Shown here: positions 44,639-54,405 of the stretch, one piece after another | Layout: each line of letters begins with the position of its first letter | Position numbering within the stretch: position 1 is the first letter of the stretch | Assembly (NCBI GenBank): GCA_963709605.1 | Contig: CAVPWX010000015.1 | Coordinates: 72,684-136,683 of the forward strand | From: an uncultured Chloroflexia bacterium | GTDB lineage: Bacteria > Chloroflexota > Limnocylindria > Limnocylindrales > CSP1-4 | Length of the DNA stretch: 64,000 bases | Reading direction: 5' to 3' | Program-made: the position numbers and the translations under genes | Notes under the pieces: model-generated | Database searches by the model: none | What the model saw: the letters and a program-made list of their open reading frames with translations, nothing else | Told to the model about the DNA's origin: nothing

Positions 44639-46420
44639 ATGTCACACCGCCTCCTGGGGGGCGTCGCCGCGCTGGCGATCGCCCTGGGGGCTCTCGCGTA
44701 CCCCAGCGCGGAGCCCGTCCGGGCGGCATCGGCCGACTGCACGGGATGGACCAGCTCCCTCGTGCCGCCGACGTCGATCCGGGTCTACCAAACAGCGACG
44801 AAGCGCACCGTGACGGTGCCCTTCCGAACATACGTCGAGAAGGTCGTGGCCGCCGAGTGGGGCCGGTCCGCGCCCCCTGCTGCCCTGCGGATCGGCGCCA
44901 TTGCCGTGAAGCAGTACGCCTGGTACTTCACGATGTTCTGGCGCGGTGGCCGTGACGCGGCCGGGCGCTGCTACGACGTGTCCGACAGCACGCGCGACCA
45001 GCTCTACGATCCCGGCCGCCGGCCCAGCGCGGCCCAGCTCGCCGCCGTCGCCGCGACCTGGAACGTGAGCCTGCGCAAGGGCGACCGGTTCTTCATGACC
45101 GGCTATCGGCCGGGGACGGGATCCTGCACCGCCCACATCGACGGCTGGCGGCTCTACCAGCGCGACGCGGTGGACTGCGTCCGTGCGTGGGGCGACACGG
45201 CCGAGACGCTCGCCCGGCGCTTCTTCAGCTACGTGTCGTGGACGGTCCCGGGGGCCGGCGACTACACCGGCGACGGGCGGGGTGACCTCGCCGCGCTCAC
45301 CGTGGATCCCGTCACCGGGGAGACCACGGCCCAGGTGTACACGTCGGACCTCGAGTACAAGGCGGCGGCCCGGACGAGCGCCCGGGCCGGGATCACCCTC
45401 GACGCGACCCCGTCGGACGAGCTCCTGGGACGGGCGAGCGGCGACGTCGACGGCGACGGTCGGGCCGACCTCGTGCAGCTCGTCCGGACAGCGGACGGCA
45501 TCGCCCTGGAGGTCATGCGCGGCGGTCCCGCCGGGCTTGCGCCGGCCACGACGTGGTGGCGCCAGGCGATCCCCCCGGCCGATCCCGCCGTCCCGGCCGA
45601 TCCCGCCGTCCCGGCCGATCCCGCCGTCCCGGCCGATCCCGCGGATCCAGCGGCCCCTGCGGCCCCGGTCGACGAACCATACCGGCTCGTGGTGGCCGAC
45701 TTCGACGCCGACGGGCGCGCTGACGCCGGCATCGTGCGAACCCTTCCCGACGCGCTCCCGACCACGCCGGCGACGCCGGCCGACCCACCCGTCCCGGAGG
45801 TGCCGGCCGCGGCCCTCGACGTGGCAACCTCGACCGGCACGGCCTTCGCCCGGGCCGAGCGAACATGGGAAGGCGCGGCCGACCTCGCGAGCTCGACCGT
45901 GCTGGCCGGCGACCTGACCGGCGACGGGCGCGGCGACCTCGTGGTCCTCTCCCCGCTCGAGGCGGGCGGCACCGCCATCGGGGTGGCGGCCTCGTCGACA
46001 CGGGACGAGCTCGACACGCTCGCCCGCTGGGCGACCGAGCCCCTGGCGCTCGACTCGATCCGGGCCATCGTCGGGGACGCGACGCGCGACGGCCGCGACG
46101 ACGTGGTCGTCGTGCGGCGGTCCGGCGCGGACGGTATCCGCCTCGTGGTCTACCGGTCGTCGAGCACGGGACAGAGCTTCACGCGCCTCCACTTCGGCGA
46201 TCCGCCGGCGATCTCGTTCGCCGGCAGCCGCTTCAGCACGGCCGACCTGACCGGCGACGGACGCGCCGATCTCGTCGCCCTGGTGGACCGCGGGAAGGAC
46301 GCCTCCGGCGTGCCGCTCGGCAGCGACGCCTGGACCTTCCTGTCGGACGGGACCTCCTACGCGCCCCGCCAGTGGTTCACCAGCCCGACGCTGGCATGGG
46401 AGACGACCTTCCCGTACTGA
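44639..46420 (+). CDS. Secreted SpoIID/LytB-like domain protein fused to FG-GAP/VCBS-like repeats
   Basis: Signal peptide. The N-terminal domain resembles SpoIID (YVEKVVAAEW...AIAVKQYAWYF). Repeated GD.TGDGRGDL / DFDADGRAD / DLTGDGRADL motifs follow. An internal 18-nt repeat gives PADPAVPADPAVPADPAV (45575-45640). Confidence 0.7.
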   Translation: MSHRLLGGVAALAIALGALAYPSAEPVRAASADCTGWTSSLVPPTSIRVYQTATKRTVTVPFRTYVEKVVAAEWGRSAPPAALRIGAIAVKQYAWYFTMFWRGGRDAAGRCYDVSDSTRDQLYDPGRRPSAAQLAAVAATWNVSLRKGDRFFMTGYRPGTGSCTAHIDGWRLYQRDAVDCVRAWGDTAETLARRFFSYVSWTVPGAGDYTGDGRGDLAALTVDPVTGETTAQVYTSDLEYKAAARTSARAGITLDATPSDELLGRASGDVDGDGRADLVQLVRTADGIALEVMRGGPAGLAPATTWWRQAIPPADPAVPADPAVPADPAVPADPADPAAPAAPVDEPYRLVVADFDADGRADAGIVRTLPDALPTTPATPADPPVPEVPAAALDVATSTGTAFARAERTWEGAADLASSTVLAGDLTGDGRGDLVVLSPLEAGGTAIGVAASSTRDELDTLARWATEPLALDSIRAIVGDATRDGRDDVVVVRRSGADGIRLVVYRSSSTGQSFTRLHFGDPPAISFAGSRFSTADLTGDGRADLVALVDRGKDASGVPLGSDAWTFLSDGTSYAPRQWFTSPTLAWETTFPY

Positions 46421-46486
46421 CGCCGCCGCCCGCCGGCGGAAGGCCCCGCGCGACTCCGCGGATCGACCCCGGCGCGACGGGCTCGC

Positions 46487-47365
46487 TCAGGCGCCCGGGT
46501 CGATCCCCGTGCGGCCGCGGCTGTTGCCGTTGGCATCGACGTAGGCGCGCATCTCGCGGGCCACCGCGGCCACGTCGTCCGACACCCGCATGAGGTTCAG
46601 CTCATCCTCGTCGAGCATGCCGGCCGGGATCGCCGTGGTCCGCAGCCAGTCCAGGAGGCCCGCCCAGTAGGCGCTTCCGACCAGGAAGACGGGGAAGTGC
46701 TGGATCTTGCCAACCTGGATGAGCGTCAGTGCCTCGAAGAACTCGTCGAGCGTCCCGAGGCCGCCCGGCAGGATCACGAACCCGTCGGCGTACTTCACGA
46801 ACATCGTCTTGCGGGCGAAGAAGTAGCGGAACTCGACGCCGAGGTCCACCCACGGGTTGAGCCACTGCTCGTGCGGGAGCTCGATGTTGCAGCCGATCGA
46901 GAAGCCGCCCGCTTCATGGCAGCCGCGGTTCGCCGCCGCCATGAGCCCCGGCCCGCCGCCGGTGATGACGGCGAAGCCGGCCTCCGCCAGGCGGGCGCCC
47001 AGCTGGCGCGCCATCTCGTACAGCGGTGAGTCCTCCTCGACGCGGGCAGAGCCGAAGACGGAGACCGCCGGCCCCACCTCGGCGAGGGCGTCGAAGCCCT
47101 CGACGAACTCGGCGGTGATGCGGAGGACGCGCCAGGGATCGGTGTCGGTGAACGGCGCGCGGACGCGGCGCAGGAACCGCTCATCGGCAGTCCGCGCGGA
47201 GGCCGGCGCCCGGCGCTCCACCGCCTCGCGCCGAACGACGAGGCGCCCGGCCCGGAGGCGGTCGCGACCGGACGTGATCGGCTCGCCCACGCCGCCGGGG
47301 GCATCCGCTCGCGATTCGTCGGACCGGGACGGCGGGTCGGGCGGGTGGGCGCTGGTGTCGGGCAT
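46487..47365 (-). CDS. LOG-family protein (TIGR00730; nucleotide 5'-monophosphate nucleosidase-like)
   Basis: Reads VSVFGSAR...ITGGGPGLMAAANRG...FVILPGGLGTLDEFFE (the PGGxGTxxE motif). Confidence 0.88.
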   Translation of the reverse strand: MPDTSAHPPDPPSRSDESRADAPGGVGEPITSGRDRLRAGRLVVRREAVERRAPASARTADERFLRRVRAPFTDTDPWRVLRITAEFVEGFDALAEVGPAVSVFGSARVEEDSPLYEMARQLGARLAEAGFAVITGGGPGLMAAANRGCHEAGGFSIGCNIELPHEQWLNPWVDLGVEFRYFFARKTMFVKYADGFVILPGGLGTLDEFFEALTLIQVGKIQHFPVFLVGSAYWAGLLDWLRTTAIPAGMLDEDELNLMRVSDDVAAVAREMRAYVDANGNSRGRTGIDPGA

Positions 47366-47565
47366 CGGGTGGGGTCTCCGCAGGATCGGGCTGTCGGCGG
47401 CAGGCTGATCGTAGCGCCGGGCGCCTCGACGCGCCTGCGCCCGGCACGGCAGGCGGGCGCGAGGCCGGCCGCGGAACGCCGAGGGCCCCGGCCGGCCGGG
47501 CCAGGTGCACGGCGACCCGGCATGCGCCGGGACGCTACGATGGCCCGGCCAACAGAGGAGGCCCC

Positions 47566-47844
47566 ATGTCCGTCTGGTTCACCGTCAGGCTCGACGATCG
47601 GCCGGGCTCGCTTGCCCGGGCCGCCCAGGCGCTCGCCGACCGCGGCGTCAACATCACCGGGATCGTCGGCGTCGCCGAGGACACGGACGGCGAGCTGATG
47701 CTGACGACGAGCGACCCGGCCGCCACCCGCCAGGCGCTCGCCGCCCTTGGCGTCGACTTCGACGAGCACGACCCGACCGACCCCCGCGGCCTTGCCGGTC
47801 CGGGCACCTTCGCCGACATGGCACGCACCCTGGCCGACCGCTGA
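47566..47844 (+). CDS. ACT-domain small protein
   Basis: Reads MSVWFTVRLDDRPGSLARAAQALADRGVNITGI, an ACT beta-alpha-beta signature. Confidence 0.65.
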   Translation: MSVWFTVRLDDRPGSLARAAQALADRGVNITGIVGVAEDTDGELMLTTSDPAATRQALAALGVDFDEHDPTDPRGLAGPGTFADMARTLADR

Positions 47845-47911
47845 GCCCGGGCACGTGCAGGCCCGCCGACGACCCCGCCGGTGAGCCCCGTCGCGCCGTG
47901 AGCCCCCGCAG

Positions 47912-48626
47912 ATGAGTCCCCGTCGCGCCGTGACGCAGCCGCCGACCGTCGCCATCCGCGTCGTCCACGAGGACAGCCCCGAGGCCCTGCCCGCGATCCT
48001 CGCGGTCGTCGCCGCCGCCGGCGGCACCGTCCGCACGATGAGCACCGTCCGGCGGCTGGACGGGGACGGTGGCGCCGCTCCCCACGGCGCCGCTCCCGCC
48101 TGCCGTCGAGACCGAGATCGAGATCGAGGGCCTCGCCGAGGAGGCGCTCGACGGAGCGATCGCCGGGGCGCCCGGCGTCCGCGGGCGCCACGCCACCCGC
48201 GCCCTCGACCGGATCTTCGGCAAGCGGGTGATCGTCGTCGGGGGCGGGGCCCAGATCGCGCAGGTCGCCCTGGGCGCGGTGAGCGAGGCCGACCGCCACA
48301 ACCTGCGCGGGGAGCGGATCTCGGTCGACACGATCCCCCTCGTCGGGGAGGCCAACATCGCCGGCGCCGTGCGCGCCGTCGCCGACCTCCCGCGGGCCCG
48401 CCTGCTCGTCCTGGCCGGCTCGATCATGGGCGGCGAGATCAGCGCAGCGGCGGACGAGCTGCGAGCGCTGGGGATCCCCATCATCGCCCTCAACATGGCC
48501 GGCTCCATCACCGACCACGTGGACCTCGTCGTCTCGGACCCCGTCCAGGCCGGCACCATGGCGGTCATGGCCGTCGCCGACACGGCCATCTTCGATCTCG
48601 CCCGCCAGCGTGGACGGCGCTACTGA
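47912..48626 (+). pseudogene. ACT-like N-terminus plus a conserved Rossmann-like domain (DUF5612-like), joined only across an apparent frameshift
   Basis: Frame 1 reads [41 protein letters not shown]. Frame 2 reads [10 protein letters not shown]...[42 protein letters not shown]...[10 protein letters not shown]...[15 protein letters not shown]. The shift lies near 48050-48105. The DUF assignment is from memory. Confidence 0.55.
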
Positions 48627-48662
48627 CGGCAGCCGTCGTCGGGCTGCTCCCGTTCGGCGGGT

Positions 48663-50987
48663 TCAGTCCCGGGTGGCGCGGCTCGAATCCCGGGCGTCCT
48701 GCGACCGTTGCGCCTCGAGCGCGTCGAGAACCTTGCCCGCGGTGATCGGCAGATCCGTGATCCTGACCCCGACGGCGTCGAAGAGCGCATTCGCGATCGC
48801 CGGTGCTGTTGCCGCCGCCGCCGGTTCGCCGATCCCCTTCGCCCCGAAAGGAGCCTCGGGATGGTCGGACTCCACGATGATCGGGACGATCTCCGGGACG
48901 TCCTGGATCGTCGCCAGCTTGTAGTCGGCGAGCGTCCCGTTCGCGATCCGTCCGCCGCGATCGGTGACGAGCTCCTCGAAGAGCGTGTTCGAGAGCCCCA
49001 TGACGACGCCGCCCTCGATCTGCTGCTCGCATCCCGTGGGATTGACCGCCCGCCCCACGTCGGCGGCCGCGGCGACCTTAAGCACGCTGATCACGCCCGT
49101 CTCGACGTCGACCTCGATCTCCACCGCCTGGGCGGAGACCATCCAGAAGATCGTGCTCACCGGCTCGAAGCCGCGGTCGGCGGCCAGCAGCGAGGACCGC
49201 GCGCTGCTGTAGCGGGCCTCCGCGACGAGCGAGTAGCCCTCGAACCCGTAGCGGCCGAGCAGCTCGCCGAGGGTGGCCCGGGGGCCGACCCCGTGCGCGA
49301 CGATGACCCCGTCGCGCAGGTCCAGGTCGGCGGGATCGATCTCCAGGACGTCGGCTGCCAGGGCGAGCGCCTTCCGCCGGATCTCGGCCCCGGCGGTGCG
49401 GATCGCGTTGCCGACGTGGAACGTGGTCCGGCTCGAGGCGACCGGCCCGTTGAACGGAGAGGTGGCCGTGTCGGCGGCCGGCAGCGAGACGGCGTCGAGC
49501 GGGACGCCGACGGCGTCGGCGGCCATCTGGCAAAGGACGGTCGCCTGCCCCGCGCCGATCTCCGGGGCGGCGCACAGCACGACGAGCCGGCCGTCCTGCT
49601 CGACCTTGAGGAGGACGTTCGAGCTCGTCGGCGTCGCCGTCTCCTTGATCATCGTCGCGATGCCCTTCCCACGGCGCAGGTGCGGCGCCGGCGCCCGGTC
49701 GACCGTCCCCCAGCCGATCTCGCGCGCGACCCGCTCGAGCGGCTCACGGGCGTTGACGCCGTGCATGACCTGCCCGTTGATCCAGGCGTCGCCGTCCTCG
49801 TACCCGTTCCGCCGGCGGATCTCGAGCGGATCGATCCCCAGCCGGTGGGCGATCATGTCCATCTGCGATTCGCAGGCCCAGGCCGCCTGCGTGGTGCCGT
49901 AGCCGCGGTAGGAGCCGGTCGGCTGGCGGTTCGTGTAGACCATCCGGGACTCGTACTCCACGGCGGGGATGCGGTACGGGCCGAACACGGCCTTGGGCCC
50001 CCGGATCGCGATCCCCACGGCATTGGAGGTGTAGGCCCCGCCGTCCCACAGGAACTCGGCCCGACGGGCGGTGAGCGTGCCGTCGCGCTGGACTCCCGTC
50101 TTCAGCCTGATGAAGGCCGGCATCCGGACCTGCGACGCGACCAGGTCCTCTTCCCGCGTGAGCTCGACCCGCACGGCGCGCCCGGGCACCTGGCGCGCCA
50201 GGGCGACCGCGACGGCCTCCGCCACCAGGGTGTTCTTGCCCCCGAAGGACCCGCCGACGTAGCCGACCACGATCCGGACCTGGCTGCTGGAGAGACCGAG
50301 GGCGGCGGCCAGCTCGCCGCGCATCTGGAACGGCCGATCGGTCGACGCCCAGATCGTGTACCCCTGGTCGGCCGGGCGGTACTGGGCGACGGCGACGTGG
50401 GTCTCCATCGCGGCGTGGCTCAGCGCGTGCGCGAAGAGCTCGTCCTCGAACACCAGGTCCGCCCGTCGGAAGCCCTCCTCGACGTCACCATGGCTGTAGC
50501 GAGCCACCGTGTTGACGTTGCTGTGGGCCACGATCTCGTGGCCTCCGCGGCGATACGTGTGGAGGTCGGGATGGACGAGCGGGGCATCCGGGGCGATTGC
50601 CTGCCCGGCGTCCAGGACCGCCGGCAGCTCCTCGTACTCGACGGTGACGAGGTCCAGCGCCTCCTGCGCCTGGAGCTCGGTGTCGGCGGCCACGGCCACG
50701 ACCGGCTCTCCGACGAACCGGACCCGGTCGATTGCCAGGAACGGCTGATCCTGGATGGACGCCCCGAAGGTGAAGGGGAAGTCCCGGCCCGTGACGATCG
50801 CCCGCACGCCGGGCGCGCCCTGCGCCCGCGAAGTGTCGATGGCCACCAGCCGCGCATGGGCGTGGGGGCTCCGCAGGACCGCCCCGTGGAGCATGCCCGG
50901 CAGGGCCACGTCGCTGCCGAAGAGGGCGCTCCCGGTGACCTTCTCCACGGCATCGACCCTGGGAACCCGCCTGCCCACGTACGTCAT
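48663..50987 (-). CDS. Molybdopterin-binding large subunit of a xanthine dehydrogenase / aldehyde oxidase / CoxL-family hydroxylase
   Basis: 774 aa. Reads MTYVGRRVPRVDAVEKVTGSALFGSD...GGSFGGK...GSYRGYGTTQAAWACE...GIGEPAAAATAPAIANA. Confidence 0.9.
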   Translation of the reverse strand: MTYVGRRVPRVDAVEKVTGSALFGSDVALPGMLHGAVLRSPHAHARLVAIDTSRAQGAPGVRAIVTGRDFPFTFGASIQDQPFLAIDRVRFVGEPVVAVAADTELQAQEALDLVTVEYEELPAVLDAGQAIAPDAPLVHPDLHTYRRGGHEIVAHSNVNTVARYSHGDVEEGFRRADLVFEDELFAHALSHAAMETHVAVAQYRPADQGYTIWASTDRPFQMRGELAAALGLSSSQVRIVVGYVGGSFGGKNTLVAEAVAVALARQVPGRAVRVELTREEDLVASQVRMPAFIRLKTGVQRDGTLTARRAEFLWDGGAYTSNAVGIAIRGPKAVFGPYRIPAVEYESRMVYTNRQPTGSYRGYGTTQAAWACESQMDMIAHRLGIDPLEIRRRNGYEDGDAWINGQVMHGVNAREPLERVAREIGWGTVDRAPAPHLRRGKGIATMIKETATPTSSNVLLKVEQDGRLVVLCAAPEIGAGQATVLCQMAADAVGVPLDAVSLPAADTATSPFNGPVASSRTTFHVGNAIRTAGAEIRRKALALAADVLEIDPADLDLRDGVIVAHGVGPRATLGELLGRYGFEGYSLVAEARYSSARSSLLAADRGFEPVSTIFWMVSAQAVEIEVDVETGVISVLKVAAAADVGRAVNPTGCEQQIEGGVVMGLSNTLFEELVTDRGGRIANGTLADYKLATIQDVPEIVPIIVESDHPEAPFGAKGIGEPAAAATAPAIANALFDAVGVRITDLPITAGKVLDALEAQRSQDARDSSRATRD

Positions 50988-51454
50988 CGGGCGATCCCCT
51001 TCGCCGCCGCGGCTCTGACCGCCTCGAGCACCTTGGGGTATGAGCCGCACCGGCACAGCACACCCGCCAGCGCGTCGGCGGTCTCCGCGGGATCAGGCTG
51101 CGGGCTCCGCCGGAGCAGAGCCTCGGCAGCCAGCACCATCGCGGGCGTGCAGTAGCCGCACTGGATCGCACCGTGCTCGACGAAGGCGGCCTGCACCGCG
51201 TCGAGCGCGCCGTCCCTGGCCGATCCCTCGATCGTCTCGACGTCCCGGCCCTCGGCGTCGGCGGCCAGCACGAGGCACGAGGTCACCGGCTCCCCGTCCA
51301 CCAGGACGAGGCACGTCCCGCACTCGCCGACACCACAACCCTCCTTGGCCCCCGTCAGATGCAGGGCCTCCCTGAGGAGCTCCAGGAGCGTCGTGCTGGG
51401 CTCGGCCTCGACGTCGTGCCGGGTCCCGTTCACGGTCAAGGTCAGGGGGATCAT
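50984..51454 (-). CDS. [2Fe-2S]-binding small subunit of the molybdenum hydroxylase
   Basis: Reads GCGVGECGTCLVLVDG and QCGYCTPAM...LCRCGSY. ATGA overlaps occur at both ends. Confidence 0.9.
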   Translation of the reverse strand: MIPLTLTVNGTRHDVEAEPSTTLLELLREALHLTGAKEGCGVGECGTCLVLVDGEPVTSCLVLAADAEGRDVETIEGSARDGALDAVQAAFVEHGAIQCGYCTPAMVLAAEALLRRSPQPDPAETADALAGVLCRCGSYPKVLEAVRAAAAKGIAR

Positions 51455-52344
51455 CGGAGCGGTGATCCCTGCTGGGCCAGGGACACGGCGTCGCGCAGGG
51501 TCCGCAGGGTCAGGACCCGGGCCAACGTCCTGCGGTAGGAGGCGCTGGCGCGCACGTCGGTGATGGGACGTGTCTCCTCGGCAGCCAGGTGCGCCGCTTC
51601 GGCGAGGTTCTCCTCGGACGGGGGGCGTCCGCGCAGCCATGCCTCTGCTTCCCGGGCCCGCAGCGGGGTCGGCGCCACGGAGGACAGCGCGATCCGGGCG
51701 TCGGCGACGTCGCCGGCCCCGCCCAGCACGATGCCGGCCGAGACACCCACGAGGGCGATGTCCCAGCCGCCCCCCCGCTTGCCCAGCTTGCGGAAGGCCG
51801 ACCCGGTTCCCGGGGAAGGGTCGGGCAGGAGGACCGAGGTGACGATCTCGCCGGTGGCCAGGCAGGAGACTCCCGGCCGGAGATGGAAGTCCTCGACGGG
51901 CACGGAACGGGTTCCGGCCGGGCCCTCGACCTGGATCTGGGCACCGTGCACGATGAGCGGCGGCGCCATGTCCGAGGCCGGGGACGACCGCCCGAGATTG
52001 CCCCCGATCGTCGCCAGGTTCCGGATCGGGCGGGTGCCGAGGGAGCGGGACGCCTGCCAGAGGGCGGGGTACCGCTCCCGGACCAGCGTCGACGACTCGA
52101 TGGCGCAGATCCGTGCCAGGGCGCCGATCCGCGTGCCCCCGTCGACCGGCTCGATCCGGTCCAGGCCCCCGATCCGCTTCAGGTTGACGATGGCGGGCGG
52201 CCGCAACGTGCCCAGCTTCATGTCGACGAGCAGGTCCGTGCCGCCGGCCAGCGGTCGGGCTGCCCCGCCTTCGGCTGCCAGCAGCTGCACTGCCTCCCCG
52301 ATGGAGGTCGGCTGGTGAAGGGTGAAGGGGCGGAGCCGGTTCAC
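51451..52344 (-). CDS. FAD-binding medium subunit of the molybdenum hydroxylase (CoxM/XdhB-like)
   Basis: Reads LAGGTDLLVDMKL...ATIGGNLG...VRASASYRRTLARVL. A GTG start at 52344 is chosen (VNRLRPFTLHQP); the start position is uncertain. Confidence 0.82.
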   Translation of the reverse strand: MNRLRPFTLHQPTSIGEAVQLLAAEGGAARPLAGGTDLLVDMKLGTLRPPAIVNLKRIGGLDRIEPVDGGTRIGALARICAIESSTLVRERYPALWQASRSLGTRPIRNLATIGGNLGRSSPASDMAPPLIVHGAQIQVEGPAGTRSVPVEDFHLRPGVSCLATGEIVTSVLLPDPSPGTGSAFRKLGKRGGGWDIALVGVSAGIVLGGAGDVADARIALSSVAPTPLRAREAEAWLRGRPPSEENLAEAAHLAAEETRPITDVRASASYRRTLARVLTLRTLRDAVSLAQQGSPLR

Positions 52345-52527
52345 GCCGATCTGCTCCAGTCCATCGTGGAGTGCCGTCGCGGCCGTTGCCGATGCCCCCG
52401 GATCATCGCGCCCCCCGAGCCGGCACCCGGAAGTGCCGGACGACCCTCTTTCGTGTGACCTCCCCGGACAACGGTGACGGCCTTGGATGCTCCGCGGCCG
52501 GTCCTGGCGCCGCGCTACCCTGTGGCC

Positions 52528-53427
52528 ATGCGCATCGCCACCTGGAACGTCAACTCGCTCAAGGCCCGGCTCGAGAAGGTCGATTGGTGGCTGGAGCGAG
52601 CGGCCCCCGACGTCCTGCTCGTGCAGGAGACGAAGCTGACGGACGACGACGCGCCCGCGCTCCCTTTCCGGATGGCCGGCTACGACCTGCTCCACCACGG
52701 CGAGGGGCGCTGGAACGGGGTCGCGATCGCCAGCCGGATGGGGATCGCCGAACCCGTCACGAACTTCGACGACGGCCCGGTGCGGAACAGCGGCCCCGGC
52801 GCTGCCGCGCCGGGCGAGGACGACGTCGATCCCTTCGGCGAGGCCCGCATGGTCTCGGCCGTCTGCGGCGGCATCCGCGTCGTCAGCGTCTACGCCCCGA
52901 ACGGGCGGGTGGTGGGCTCCCCCTTCTACGAGGGCAAGCTCCGCTGGTTCGAGCGGCTGGGCCGCTGGCTTCGCGAGACGCAGGATCCCGCCGCCCCGCT
53001 CGTCATCGGCGGCGACTTCAACGTCGCACCCGCCGACGACGACGTCTGGGACCCGGCGGCGGCCCACGGCGGGACCCACGTCTCGGAGCCCGAGCGGGAC
53101 GCCTTCCGGGACCTCCTCGCCTGGGGCCTGGTCGACACCTGGCGGGCCGCCAACCCGGGCCTGCGGCGCTTCACCTGGTGGGACTACCGGGCGGGCAACT
53201 TCCAGCGCAACGAAGGGATGCGGATCGACCACCTCCTGGCCACCGGGCCGGTCGCCGCGCGGGTCGTGGCGGTGGAGGTGGACCGCGAAGCCCGCAAGGG
53301 GACGCCGACGCCGTCGGACCACGCCCCGCTGGTCCTGGATCTCGACGCGCCCGGGAAACCCTTCGACGCCGGCTGGAGCGGCTCGGAGGCGCGCTTCGCG
53401 GCGCGTCGGGCGGCGCACAAGGGATGA
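52528..53427 (+). CDS. xthA: Exodeoxyribonuclease III
   Basis: Reads MRIATWNVNSLKARLEKVDWWLERAAPDVLLVQETK...GGDFNVAP...IDHLLAT...PSDHAPL. An upstream in-frame GTG at 52474 is possible. Confidence 0.9.
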   Translation: MRIATWNVNSLKARLEKVDWWLERAAPDVLLVQETKLTDDDAPALPFRMAGYDLLHHGEGRWNGVAIASRMGIAEPVTNFDDGPVRNSGPGAAAPGEDDVDPFGEARMVSAVCGGIRVVSVYAPNGRVVGSPFYEGKLRWFERLGRWLRETQDPAAPLVIGGDFNVAPADDDVWDPAAAHGGTHVSEPERDAFRDLLAWGLVDTWRAANPGLRRFTWWDYRAGNFQRNEGMRIDHLLATGPVAARVVAVEVDREARKGTPTPSDHAPLVLDLDAPGKPFDAGWSGSEARFAARRAAHKG

Positions 53428-54209
53428 GCCGCCGCCCGCGACACCTGGCCGGGGTGGCCCGCCGCGGCGCGGCCCGCCGGATCCTCGCCCTTGCCGCGGC
53501 GGGAGCGGTCCTCGTCGGGGCCTGCGGCGACGGTGCGACGCCGCCGGGGCAGTCGCCCGCGTCGTCGGTCGACACCGACGCCCTCGCAACCGCGTTCGTC
53601 GCGATCCTGGCCGATCCCGCGCTGCAGGCGGGCATCGTCCAGCAGGCGACGGCCACCTCGGAGACCGGCGACGACGTCCTCGAGCTGCGGGTCACGATGG
53701 TCGGCGAGCTCGCCCTCCCCGACGTCGCGCTCGAGGTCGCGATCGAGACCGAGGGCGAGTCCACGAGGTTCGCCCTCGTCGTCGTCGGCGACCGGAGCTT
53801 CGTCGACCTCGGGGAGGGCTGGCTCGAGGCGCCGCCCGGGTCGGTCGACACGACCGAGCTGACCGACGCCCTCGTCGTCGTGGACGACGCCGGCGATCTC
53901 GAGTACGCGGGCATGCAGGAGACCGACGGCGAGACCCTCTACCACCTGGTGGCCGTGCGCCCGCTCCCCTACTCGCCGGGCGGCCTGCCGGGGACCGGCG
54001 ACGAGACCGGCACGATCGACGACCTCGACGCGTACGTCGAGGCGGACGGCACGCCGGTGCTCATCGAGCTGTCGTTCACCGCCGGCAGCACGGCCGCGGC
54101 GACGACCGTGATCGGGACGACGCAGATCCGCTTCAGCGACGTCGGCGGCGGCCAGGTCATCGCGCCGCCGTCCCTCGCCCCCACGGCGACGCCGACCGCC
54201 GCGCCGTAG
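53424..54209 (+). CDS. Lipoprotein of unknown function
   Basis: ATGA overlap with the xthA stop. A twin-Arg-like/lipobox N-terminus (RRILALAAAGAVLVGAC) is followed by an acidic ~220-aa domain. Confidence 0.65.
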   Translation: MSRRPRHLAGVARRGAARRILALAAAGAVLVGACGDGATPPGQSPASSVDTDALATAFVAILADPALQAGIVQQATATSETGDDVLELRVTMVGELALPDVALEVAIETEGESTRFALVVVGDRSFVDLGEGWLEAPPGSVDTTELTDALVVVDDAGDLEYAGMQETDGETLYHLVAVRPLPYSPGGLPGTGDETGTIDDLDAYVEADGTPVLIELSFTAGSTAAATTVIGTTQIRFSDVGGGQVIAPPSLAPTATPTAAP

Positions 54210-54405
54210 CGACGCCCCGCCCGGCCGTTGCGCGATGCACCGCCGGCCCGACAATCGCGCGACGCACCGCCGGGCGCAGCGCGCCTGATCGACGCGGTGC
54301 GCGCCGGAGAGGTGGGGACGAAGCTACCGACGGGGTGTGACAGCCCCCGCCGGCGGGCGGCGGGCGGCGAGGTGGGTGGATCCGGGCCGGGCCGACACGG
54401 CACCG

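Noticed and set aside
48663-52344. Calling the three-subunit molybdoenzyme an aerobic CO dehydrogenase (coxMSL).
   Set aside because: The gene order fits, but I could not see the form-I CoxL active-site loop signature. Only family-level assignment (xanthine dehydrogenase / aldehyde oxidase / CoxL family) is supported from sequence reading alone.
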